Source: Takakia lepidozioides (taxonomy: Eukaryota; Plantae; Bryophyta). From it: a DNA stretch of 64,000 nucleotides. The position numbers and the translations under genes are program-made. The notes beneath the pieces were generated by a model. The model was not told where the DNA came from and searched no databases. It saw only the letters and a list, made by a program, of their open reading frames with translations. Shown in pieces: positions 52,716 to 64,000 of the stretch (the first letter of the stretch is position 1; each line of letters starts with the position of its first letter). The stretch spans positions 3,472,001 through 3,536,000 of the forward strand of contig CM060734.1 of the NCBI GenBank assembly GCA_030704615.1, written 5' to 3'.

Positions 52716-52734
52716 TGCCCCATGACTTTTGTCA

Positions 52735-55700
52735 TTGAGTTAACATCCTTCTTCGGGGCTCAACTAGCAGGGTCATCATCAATGGCCACCTTTCAAAGCC
52801 ATTTCAGCTGCAAAGATCGGTAAGACAAGGATGTCCTCTGGCTCCCTTCCTCTTCCTCTTTGTAGCAGACACCTTGGGTTACATGCTTGATGACAAGTTC
52901 ATGGTCAGAGGTCTTCAGCTCCGGAATCCAAAAACTCAACTCAGGCTACAGATCAAAGATTCCATGTTTGTGGATGACACTTTCCTGCTCCTTCAGGCTG
53001 AGCCTTCCACTCTCTCAGCGGCTGAGAGCACTCTTAAGAAATTCTGTAGGGTCTCTGGCTTCCGGGTTAACTGGAGGAAGACTAAAGCCTTGCTGATAGG
53101 TGACCCATCTATGTCTTCTATTGGGATCAACCCCAACTGGGGAGAAGACCAAGGTATGGCCTGGCTTAAAGCAGGAGAGCCAACCACACTGCTGGGTCAC
53201 ATCTTTGGCCTAGACCTCACTGAGGAGCAGAGAATAGGGCCCATTCTAGCCAGACTCAAGAAGGAGCTAGCTTTCTGGGGCTCTAAGTTCCTCTCCATCA
53301 CCGGAAGAGCTCTGGTTGCTAACCAGGTTCTACTAGCTGGGATTTGGTATTTTGCCTCAACTTGGAGTCCGGGCTCGAAGTTCATGAAGGAAATGAAGAG
53401 ATGTATCAGAAACTTTATTTGGGGAGCCCATTCAGACCTTCAAAACAAACGCCCACAAGTTTCATGGTATCAGACTTGCCTCCCTAAACAATCAGGTGGG
53501 TTAGGGGTGCTAGATCCAGAAACCCAGATTCGGGCCCTCCTTGGCAAGTGGCTGCCAAGATTGCTGGGGCCTGAAGGAGGCTGGTGGAAACTGCTTGTAA
53601 TAGGGACTATTGCCTTGTGCTCCCCTCTTCAGGGAGTGGACTGGGCCCCTTCTATCTACTGGATCTCTCAGGGATTTAATCACAAATCCCTAGGCTCTTT
53701 GCTCTGGAAATCAATTTGGACTGCCTGGGGTAAATTCAGACCCTTTCTCAGAAAGCAAGAGCCTTCGTCATTCCATGAGGTCCAGAGACAACATCTCTTC
53801 TTAAACTTAGCCGTGCCCACCCCCAAGAGAGGAGCCAGGCCAGAAAATGGGCCTCATGGGAAACTAGAGGCATCTCCCAGATCTCCCACCTCTGGACTAG
53901 CACGCCGGAGTCTCTCACTCAGGGGGGGCCACTCCTTATCAGTTTGGTAGACACGTGCGATAAAAGGGTATTTTCCTAGGGGATACTAATTTAATTTTTT
54001 GGTTTTTTCTGCACCCTATAATTATATAATATACAGCATTTTTGAGTAGGCTATTTTATTTATTTATTCAGCAGCAACCATGAATATTTGATATGCTATA
54101 TTAATACAAAAATAAATAAAATATTTTCTTACAAAGCAAAAACTTGTGTTTTATATTCCCATGCAAACTTGCATTTTACATTTCATTACTTACTAGAAAC
54201 AAACTCATCTAGAGTATCACTATCAACATCAGCGAGGGTGTATACATTTTGACCTCTATTGTAAGTCAGAGTTACTGAACTAATAATAGAATCAATATCT
54301 ATCCATTTATTATCAGTGACATCGTACTTGAACTTCAGATGCCCTCTAGACTTAGAGAAGTATTTAATAGTACCATGATATTGGTTGATGGTTTGTTGAA
54401 GAGATCTACTGGCTGATGGGAGAACATCGTGGCATATGCAATTACACATGTTCATCATGGATCTAAGTAATCAAACTGCTTAACCCTAGCTCTGCCCACA
54501 CTTTACAGTGTAGGCAGGGCATTCTTTGGTCAATGAACAATCAGCTAACTAACTACAAAGCGGTTTTTGCCCCTTTCTTTTCACACTACACATCCATACA
54601 CTGTTTGACACGTATCATTCAAAAATACCTTCACCCTATGAGTAATTCTAAATAAAATGTAATTGGAGCCTTTAACCTCTACCCTCTATTCATTTAAATG
54701 CTCCCGCCTATATTTCTCATACCCTATATTACTTTGAAAAATATTCTAATTTTTACTTATAGAGAATAAATGACACCCTATATTTTTTTGCACGTTAGGT
54801 GGTAATTTTTGGAAGTGGACCCCCCAAGCTCTCACTACAGCTTTGGGCCCCACAAGGGTGCTGGCATAAACCCCATCCTGCAATCTGTTCCAAACCATCC
54901 TCAGGCTTGGGGAAGGGTCTCCTTCGCCACATCAGTGGGTGACTACTCCTTCCCTAGCCTCTAGTATTCTCTACAATTCGGAGGTGGACTTGCCAGCCAT
55001 CACAGGGTATGCGTTTGGGGCTGATTTGTTCTCGGGTTTCCTTTCCCTGCTCTCCTCGGAGACTGTTACCATCCAGGCAGGGCAGGCCTCTCCAACACGC
55101 ATCTGCCACTGGTCCTCTAAATTCAAAGACTTCAACCCCTCCCTCCCGGCAGGGGAAGCCATTCTCCCATGGCTGAGAAATAGCTCTTTTGCTTGGATTG
55201 GCGGCCTACCTTTGGGGAAGGTAGCATACAAGGCTCTCCTTCAACCCAAACCTTTGCTCAAGAAATGGAACGACAAGTGGGACCATTTTCTATTCAGAGA
55301 TGAAAACTGGAAATGTATCTGGGGTCTAATCTGGGAGAAAGCTAAGCCATCCAAAATTAATTATTCTTATGGCAGATTGCGAACAGGGTCCTAAAGGTGC
55401 ATCTGTTCTTGGACTGGCAAGGGCCTATGTGGCTGCTGCACTTCAGCCACTGTAGAAAGTCTGGAACATTGCCTCTTGCAATGTGTGGCCATTTGGCCCC
55501 TTGCCTTACACTTCTATTCTGCATGGGAGTGTATTGCCCCAGACCCAATTGTTTTCCTATTGAACTATAAAGAAACAGGGAAGACCAGGGCTGTTGGATG
55601 TCCTGTTTTTGACCCTCTGGCAAATATGGAAAGCCAGATGTAGTTGGGCATTGGACAATCAGAACTCATCTCTTTCAAAGATCCTCACTCTAGTCTTCAA

Positions 55701-56320
55701 TGACCTCACCATTGCTACTAAACTTGCCTGGGCGAAATTGGGTGCAGAGTACAACAAGCGCCCATAACGTGGTCCAGCACTCTTCACCTCCTTCAGGCGT
55801 ACTTGGGGGAATAGGGGGCTCATCTGCTCTTGCATCGACATCGACACCTATTTATGGGCAGGAACAATTCCACATATCTGGCAGCAGCGAAGAGCCCCCC
55901 TCTTCAGCCTCCCTTGACTTTGAAAGATCAGATCGAAATTGGAAGCACATCAAGACAGCCGTTAAGTCCAAGCTTCATTTTCACCGGTAGATAGATGGGC
56001 TTCTCACTGGTTTCTTGTTTGCCACCGTACCCTACACTAGTACTTGGCTCCCCCTGATCTAGGGTTATTCGAGGGCCTCCCCCTCCATCGCTCTATGCTT
56101 ATCGCTCCTTAATTCTATTTGTATTGAGGAGGTCGACTGTCTCAGGTCCATTGTACCCAGGAATCTCCTTCACGATTTGTCGTGTGTTAGGCCTTATGGC
56201 AGCCCTCGGGCCTGTAAAGGGCTTAATTTTTTTCCTTCAAATAATTCCAAATAAAGTTGTGAGGGCCACTAGCCCCCTGTTACCTAAAAGAAAAAAAGAA
56301 AAAAAAAGAAAAAAAAACAA
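52735..56320 (+). mobile_element. 5'-truncated L1-clade LINE with 3' UTR and poly(A)
   Basis: RQGCPLAPFLF, MFVDD, GFRVNWRKT, LSITGRALVANQVL, GGLGVLDP and zf-RVT remnants. AATAAA at ~56250 and an A-rich tail at 56286-56320. Same family as the 36-43 kb LINE. Confidence 0.9.
53951..54796. mobile_element. AT-rich TIR-type insertion within the LINE
   Basis: Begins ACACGTGCGATAAAAGGGT and ends ACCCTATATTTTTTTGCACGT (imperfect inverted ends), with TAG on both flanks. Carries a short minus-strand ORF remnant at 54186-54458. Confidence 0.6.
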
Positions 56321-57166
56321 TTTTCGAAATTATTATTATTATTATTATTAAAAGGCAAATTAGGTTTTGAAATAGTAAAAGAAGGGTGACGGATGAAAGC
56401 GACACGAAAACCACTTGCACCAGGAGGCGACGTCAGGCCGTACTGTCACGACACGTGTGCTCACCGCCGGGCCTCGGGTGGCGCCCTGTGAATTTGCAGA
56501 GGGCTCACCCTCGACGTACGACACCTCTACGTACGACCTCTGTGGAGGTAATCCATACTTGTAGGAGACGACGCCACGTGGTTGGGGGAGGGTGGAGTTT
56601 CTTAGGGCGGGGGCCCGCCCTGTACCGACTGATGGTCCCCACCCTGGACCAGCAGACGCCGAGGCGCGGGCTTCCCAAGTTCCCCTGGCCACGTTCGCAG
56701 AGTTGGCCGGGGCATCTCGCTGCTGCTTCTGCTTCTCAAGATTTTTCTGCGATCGAGGCACGTGCACCATCGGTCTGCGCTGCTCTGCATCGGTCGAGGA
56801 TCTGCAGAAGTGAGCGTCTATCGCATCGGTGCATTGCTTGTTAGGCTTCCTGTGCGCGCTTTGTTCGCGATCATTCTGCTTTTGCCGAGTTCATACTTTC
56901 TTTTGCGTGCTGGTGAGGCGGTCGCCTTGTCCTCGGTAGCAGGAGCAGTTTCCCTCCTGTCGAAGCTCTGTTGATCCCCTTGTTTGGCTCCATCTTCCAC
57001 TGTGCGCTTGCAGAGGATACAAGGTCCCTGTCATTTGGAGTATTAGAGTGGGGCTCGGTCTCTTCCTTGAACTGTAAGGCAAGGCGGGGCGCTAGCTTGT
57101 TTTGCGTGAGCAATTTGGTTTCTGCTTTGTGGAACGCAGTAAGTAGAAGCGGAAGCAGACACGAGG

Positions 57167-59624
57167 ATGTCGCAGAGTATGGCTGGGGTTGCAACAGCGG
57201 ATTGTGGGACTACGCGCATGGCAACTGTTCCGCGACCTGATTGCATGTGGTGTGCGAGCTCCCAGGGGCCTTCGACATCGTTTTCAAACACTCAGTCTGG
57301 ATTATCGCGGGCAGGCGCTCTCAGATTGCAGGGTCTCCACAGCAAGAAAATGATTAAACCAGGGTCACCAGCCGATCTGGCGCAGAGATCGTTTATGACT
57401 GGCCAATACCTCAAGTTGGCACCGTTTAGAAAGGTTAAGCAATTTGAGCTTGAGAAAGCAGCAGCGGGAGTGACAATTCGGGCCAAAGCATATGATGCGG
57501 GCAAGTCGGAGGCGTTTGACACGGGGAGTGCGGACAGTGCTGTTGAGGATGATGGAGTGGCGGCCAAGGCGGCAGCACAAAAGCTGAAAATCGGGATTTA
57601 TTTTGCTACTTGGTGGGGATTGAATGTGGTGTTCAACATCTACAATAAGAAAGTGCTCAATGTCTTTCCGTACCCCTGGTTGACATCAACACTCTCCCTC
57701 GCTGCGGGGTCGTTGATCATGCTGGCTTCCTGGGCAACACGCCTCGTCGAAACGCCACAATTAGATGCAGACTTCTGGAAAGCTCTTGCACCGGTATGAA
57801 TCCATGTCAAAAGCCTGTTTTTTTAATGCCTTTGTAAGTGTATTATGTGCTGTCGTCTCTGAGGCCTTAAGTTAAATTCTTCTCGCATGCTGAAAGATAC
57901 TCTTCAGCTTTCTCTTTTTTCACGTCTATTTGGTCGATCCTACTCCTTGATGATCTATGTGGACCTGAAGTTTGGAATCCAGCAAATATTACTGTTTAGT
58001 ACTGTTGGAACATCTGTCTGAAGATTTGCTGCAGATCTGAAATATTTATGGATGTGGTCTATCAATTCAGAGCTGTTGTCTTAGGCAGGGTTCAAATGCC
58101 CAAGGTTTTGATGCTTGTTGTGAGAGTCTAGCATATGTGCACTACTGTCATTACAAAGGATTCTGTGGTAGTGTGATGTGAATGATGATCCTGGCCCTTC
58201 TTAAATTGAAAACATCATGCTGTATATTCATTGGCCTTTGTTTTATGGAACATAGGTGGCCTTGGCCCACACGATTGGGCATGTTGCAGCAACAGTGAGC
58301 ATGTCGAAGGTGGCTGTGTCATTCACACACATCATCAAGAGTGCCGAGCCTGCTTTCAGTGTGCTGATTTCAAGGCTCTTCATGGGGGAGCACTACCCCT
58401 TGCCAGTCTACTTGTCTCTACTCCCTATCATTGGTGGGTGCGCTTTGACTGCTGCTACGGAGCTTGATTTTAATGTGACAGGTAAACCCCTGCCCCTACT
58501 CTTTTTCTGTTCCACGAGTCCACTTACACTTCAAATCCATAAGTCTCTAGCAGTCTTTCAGCTTTTTCTTCCTACTTTCTTCCTTTCTTTCCATAAATTG
58601 TCCTGTTGTAACTCCTACACCAGGACATTGATATTAAATTTGCAGTAGAAAGTGGATAATAAAACCTGTGTGTGTATTTCTGTCCCAGGATTTATGGGGG
58701 CTATGATCTCCAACATTGCATTCGTCTTCCGTAATATTTTCTCGAAGCGAGGGATGACCAAGGGCAAGTCAGTGGGTGGCATGAATTACTATGCATGCTT
58801 GTGCATGTTCTCATTGGCGCTCTTGACACCATTTGCTTTTGCCGTAGAAGGTCCCAAACTGTGGGCTGCTGGATGGCAACAGGCTACTGAAACTGTTGGC
58901 CAACAATTTTTCTGGTACAAAGTTGTCCCTTTCTTATAGACTGCCAATGCAGGAACTTTCCCACTCTTAAATTAGTATGAGCCGGTCTGTGGCTGAGAAT
59001 GACAGATACCTAAGATTGTCAATGTATGTCAATCAGATATCAGGAGGAAACATGGTTTTGACTGTGGTTCATTCAGATACACATAATTCAGTGTTGCATG
59101 ACCTGAAATGGTTTTGTTTGAGGGCGAGTTGTGTTTTTCTAAGTCGACAGTGATTTGTATATTGTGTGCAGGTGGGTGATGGCTCAGAGTGTGTTCTACC
59201 ATCTGTACAACCAGGTTTCATATATCTCATTGAATGAAATTTCACCACTTACATTCAGCATTGGCAACACCATGAAGCGTGTGACTGTTATTGTGGCTTC
59301 AATTATTGTGTTCCACACAGCTGTTAGGCCCATCAATGCTGTGGGTGCCGCAATCGCTATCTTTGGAACGTTCTTGTACTCTCAGGTTAGCATATGGCCA
59401 TCTTTTCTCAAGTATGAAATGGACCTAATTGTTAGAAGAGTAGATAAGATGAGAAGAAATGGCAATGTGGGTTTGTTTGCTCAGCACTTGTGAGTTTAAG
59501 ATCCAGTGCAAGTGGGATGGAGAGGTCTTGTCGATAGGATGACGAAGATGAAATTTGTTGTGCAATTGAAACTCTGAATATCATAAACTCGGTGGTTTTG
59601 GTTGGTGTGCAGGCCAAGCAATAA
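57167..59624 (+). CDS. GPT: Plastid glucose-6-phosphate/phosphate translocator; exons 57167-57793, 58256-58481, 58689-58914, 59172-59385, 59613-59624
   Basis: Transit-peptide-like N-terminus. Motifs KLKIGIYFATWWGLNVVFNIYNKKVLN, HVAATVSMSKVAVSFTHIIKSAEPAFSV, GAMISNIAFVFRNIFSK, QSVFYHLYNQVSY and GNTMKRV, ending YSQAKQ. Intron phases are consistent. Confidence 0.95.
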
Positions 59625-60812
59625 AGCAAATCAAAGTTGTGGAAGGTGGCTACTGCAATAATGAACATGGTTGCACAGGCTGCTATTGAAGGCATGCTTA
59701 AAACCCTGCACCAGCACGCTTTACCAAATGCACTCACAGCTGAAGGATTATATGTATGAAAAGCAGCTTTCTATGGAGCCATATAACAATGGACCCGCGG
59801 TATGGTATATACCTGCAACTTGGGTGATGGCAGCTGTTGGTCACAAGTTTGTCTGAGGTCCATAGATTGAGTAAAACAGGCACTGAGAGAGGTGGGGGGT
59901 GAGGGACTGCTGACTTAAGTTCACAGATGTACTCATTCACAGTGCATAAGTTAGTTTCTAATCTGTAGTCACTTTTGCAGAGATTGTGGAACTGAATGTA
60001 GTAACTAATGTCGGTTTCGATGGTTGTGACCGGTTGTGACCATTAGAACTTTGCACGTAGAACTTTGCAGGTCTGCAATTCGTAGAGAAATTGTGGGAGC
60101 TTCACATCCATCCATATGGGAGGATAAGCTGACTGGACCCTTATAAATAATTCTCATCTTCCCCCTTTGGATGAAGAATTGACTCATGTTTGCATTTATA
60201 TTTGTCACCATCTGATATTGGACATGAATCATACTCTCTTCCTACTTCGTTGATTACAGATGGTAATAGTAACCTCAACAAAGAAATATCTTGCCACTGG
60301 CTATGGAGGTACCTGTTAAGGCAGGAGTGGCAGAAGACTAGAAGAGATGAATGCTGCATGCAGCTGCGGTCAGTCTTCAGTTGCCAACTTTAAGTACTGA
60401 TCCAGACATCTGCAGAGAGTAGCGATGGGGAGTCCTGTCCCTCGAATGTTCGAACATAAACGCTGCAAATATCCTGGGCCTTTCGTACAAAGTGATGACA
60501 GATGAAGACATGACCATCTTTCATCACATAGAGCAATCAACAGCCCCCCTCTTCATCTTTCACCACTATCCTACTTCCATAACTTTTAAGAATTTGGTCC
60601 AAAAGATTTGTAACGCTACTCTGCCTCCCATTTACTTCTCTTCCTGCTGCTTCTCTAATTGAGCCTCATCACAGTATCCTAGTTGCAAAACTATTCATGC
60701 TGCATCTGGTGGATTGGAAAGGGTTACTCTCTGGTCTAATTGCCTGAGGACCCTTTTTCTTCCTCTTTCCATTGGTTGAAAACCACGAATAAGCTTACTG
60801 TCACTGCCTGAG

Positions 60813-63800
60813 TTAGCCAAAACCTGATTGGTCATGAACTACCCTTTTTGAGACCCCATTACCTGGTTCCCAAGTCCCATTGGAAAAGGAGTCGCCAACC
60901 CTTCCCAACTCAGCTGATTGCATGGAGCGAGCAGCTTCGGCCAAGAGCCGCCGTGTCTCCAGGAGAGAGGCCATGGCCACCTTATCGGTTCCAGCTGCTG
61001 CTTCCAAGGCGTCGGCAGCTTTCTCCGCTTCAGCCATGAGCATCCTGCTCCCGCACATGATACCGTACTCCCCTTTAGGAGGATGCAGTTAGGCCTACTA
61101 TTGTGACAGTTCTACCTTCTCTCAGATCTAGAATCTGAAGATGCACCAGGACAGTTGCAGGAGACTTTTAGGAAATATTTGTGCCTTCCTCTCCTTCCTT
61201 TTGAAATTGATGCGATGTAGGTCAGAAACCCAGTGTCAGTACCTCAACTACACTGATAATTCTAATGACACAGGAGGCTCATGGACACTAGGTATGTTCC
61301 AAATACAAGAAAATGTGTGGACTTCCATTAGCTGCTTACCGTGCTCGTTTGGCAGCCTCCTTTCTTCTCAACTCCATCATCAGCCAACCCTCTCGAAGCC
61401 GCTTTATTTTCTCCAGCTTGTCACTGGCCAACAGGTCTACATACGCAGCACGTAGGGGAGATTCTTTGATGGGTCGGGCACCTTCGTAGGACAGTCGTGT
61501 GCTGCTGGAATCTCTCTCTTTAAGCCAGTCTTTTTCATGCACATTGTTTTTCTTTGGGACTGCCAAAGAGCTAGTCACAGGTTGGGCTGTTTGACTGCCT
61601 GCTGGTCTGGGCAGTGTGACAGAGGCATGTCCCTTGACTCCAGCAGCTTCCATGCGTGCCTTTCTGGCTTTAGCTGCATTCTCGTCTGCCAAAACCTCTG
61701 CAATGAATTCCTCGTCAAGGCCTGTTATTTGGTTAGAAGATACGGCTGCTTTTCTGGCTACGGCTGGTCGTTCCTTTTGCATGCCCTTGGACACCTTATT
61801 TCGATACTCCTGCATTTGGAAATTGGGATTGAATTGAGCCTGCTAGGATGATCAGTCACTCCATCTGCTGTGTTGAATAACCACACACTAACAAAACTTC
61901 TAGCAATCCGAGAGCTGCCAATTATCTGACTCTCTGCTTCATTCATACTGGATGCAAGGCAACAGTGACCAAGTGATGGCAAGCAATGAAATGTCTGAAT
62001 CTGTCGCTGTTACTGTTCACCCCTGTTTCAGGTTGTGGGCTGAGCAGCACTGCTGGAACCAATACCATGTTTTCTAGCATGACGTCTACAACAGCCTTAG
62101 CACCAGTATTCAATTACCATGTCCTGACTTTGGATTCACATTGGTTGTGCAGGAGCCTACGGCACTTTACATACCCTGGTTGGTAGAATGGTTGGTAGAA
62201 ATCCCTCAACTAGCTACACGAGGGCTTAAAACCACTGGGTACTATGCCCCCAATGGTACTTCATAGCCAGTCCTTGCAGTGAACTTTGAATCAGTCCATC
62301 CTCTCCCAATGGCATGAGAGATGGAGGCTGCAAGGAGGGGGGCCCCACAATAACACAACTACTGAGTGAACTGAAGAGCACCTCAATAATCAGACAGCAC
62401 CATCCTCACATGTTTCTCAAGTGCCAGCCACGTCCGGCCATAACAACCGACACCCAGAAAGAAGGACAAACCGGGGAAAATACCGGATCTGCCCACTTGG
62501 CTCTAATAGCATCTGAAATTTTCTGGCGATGCTCATCTGAGACCCCTTTGGCCTTCAGGGCCACTGCCCGGTCCTCTTTTTTCTTCAAAGCTAGTTGTTT
62601 AGTTGCAGCTATTCTTTCCTTCAGGAGTCGCTGCTTGAGCATATTATATGTGTCCCAGTCAAATTCTTCGTCCCCAAGTCCTCCCTGTCTAGCAGCCTCT
62701 GCCACAATATCCTTCCACTCCCTGAGGCACATCTCCTGGCAGAGCTTCATCATCCTTTTCATCTGCCATGTCATTCTCATTGAATTCCGGATCTTATCCT
62801 TAGTTTCCTCACTGCACACACAAGAACCCCAGTGCTATCATCACAGACAGCTTCTTAGAGAACATAACACTTGTCATGCCTAGGTGAATCATTGACCAAC
62901 CCCTGTGAACGTTGGCTGCTTACAGGCACATCCCAATGCATTACCAACCCATGGGACCCAAAATAGAGGGTGCAACAACAGATAGCAGATGGCAACTCCA
63001 TCCCATAGACAGACCTCAGATGTCTGTTCGAGTATGGGACAAACTCTCACTTTACAGGGTGTAACACGAACTCAATTAAGAAAAGAGAATGTGGTCAAGA
63101 TAACATGTAAGTCCTTACGAAGGATTTTTCCCACAATTCCGCAGCTTCTCCCGAACCTGCACCACATGCACAGAGTACCCAACCCATCATAAGAATGAGA
63201 GACAGAGCTGTGTCCGTCTTGATTGTCCTCTGAAATATTGGTTAAGACCACCCTGGCAGCATACAAATGTGTTGCTATAGCCTTGTGGCCTAACCCGTGA
63301 GAAGAAGAAACAAGAAAAAGGAAGAACAGAACTGACAGAGTGGGGGAATGGTGAGGGAGAGAATGTACTCATAAGACATTGTTTGCCATAGCCTTGTGGC
63401 CAAAGATACTGCGCCCAGTTTGGGCAGAACAAGAGAGAGAGAGAGGAGAGAGAGAGAGAGGGAGATGCACCCATAAGCTGCCCTGACCACACTGGAACAT
63501 ACAAAACTCGGAATAGGTGTGGTAATCATAAGAGTGAGCCTACAAATGGTACACAGTATTTGTGGGAGAGAGAAAGGGAGCCAGCGGAGATTCCAATAGT
63601 GATGACTGACTTCCTTTCCAGTGTGAGAGCGTGGGTGATACACACAGAACCCAGCCTCTCATAACAGTTTTCCCTCTAGAAACTGAGCTTCAAGCCAAAC
63701 TACCGAATCAAGGGGAATAAAAGAAGTCACACGACCGAACCTTTGGATTGAGCATGGCCTGTCTTGTTTTTTCCCGAATTCTTTCAATTGTTTCTGCCAG
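60813..63800 (-). CDS. At1g53800-like (NUMOD3-motif) protein, 3' exons ~63797-63741, 63156-63119, 62812-62484, 61809-61340, 61046-60813; 5' part lies outside the window
   Basis: ETIERIREKTRQAMLNPK, SEETKDKI, EHRQKISDAIRAKWADP/EYRNKV and AEAEKAADALEAAA..ASLLETRRLLAEA, with GT-AG introns. Confidence 0.8.
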
Positions 63801-64000
63801 GCAACAACTCACAACAGTTGTAATCTCTCTCTTATCTCTCTCTACTCTAATATAACAGCGCAACCGAGTTTGCATGCGGACAAGTGCCTCTGTAAGCACC
63901 TCAATGGCAGTTGTGGGAAAATAAGTTTATACCTGCAGTTGAGTTGCAGGGATAAGCTAAACCCTGGTGGGTGCGAACCCCACAAAAGGCTTCGGGAGGG

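Noticed and set aside
56360-57160. ORFs of 100-150 aa upstream of GPT
   Set aside because: GC-rich promoter/5' UTR sequence with overlapping ORFs on both strands and no protein motifs.

Overview
Plant nuclear DNA with spliceosomal introns, probably from a non-seed land plant (inference from the PLS-PPR style and TE content). It has a 501-nt N gap at 33000-33500. The left end holds decaying host genes: a PPR pseudogene, a TIPIN/Swi3 gene with an apparent C-terminal frameshift, and the kinase half of an LRR-VIII-1 receptor kinase. The right end holds intact-looking host genes: a plastid glucose-6-phosphate/phosphate translocator (GPT) and an At1g53800-like gene. The ~47 kb between them is nested mobile DNA: a Copia element, two L1 LINEs, a short LINE fragment, CACTA/TIR fragments and an open pogo-like DDE transposase ORF. 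The most notable content is three divergent copies (A, B, C) of an intron-containing gene. It fuses a ParB/Sulfiredoxin-like domain (VWDGNHRL) to a beta-class amino-DNA-methyltransferase fold whose catalytic motif reads DIPD rather than DPPY. Copy A is bracketed by arrays of a 22-bp palindrome (GGAAATGCGGCGCCGCATTTCC); the upstream array has an exact 53-bp period, and single copies sit in three introns. Next to copy A is a head-to-head pair of unknown paralogous ORFs whose symmetry axis is the same palindrome. All assignments come from reading motifs by eye; no searches were run.
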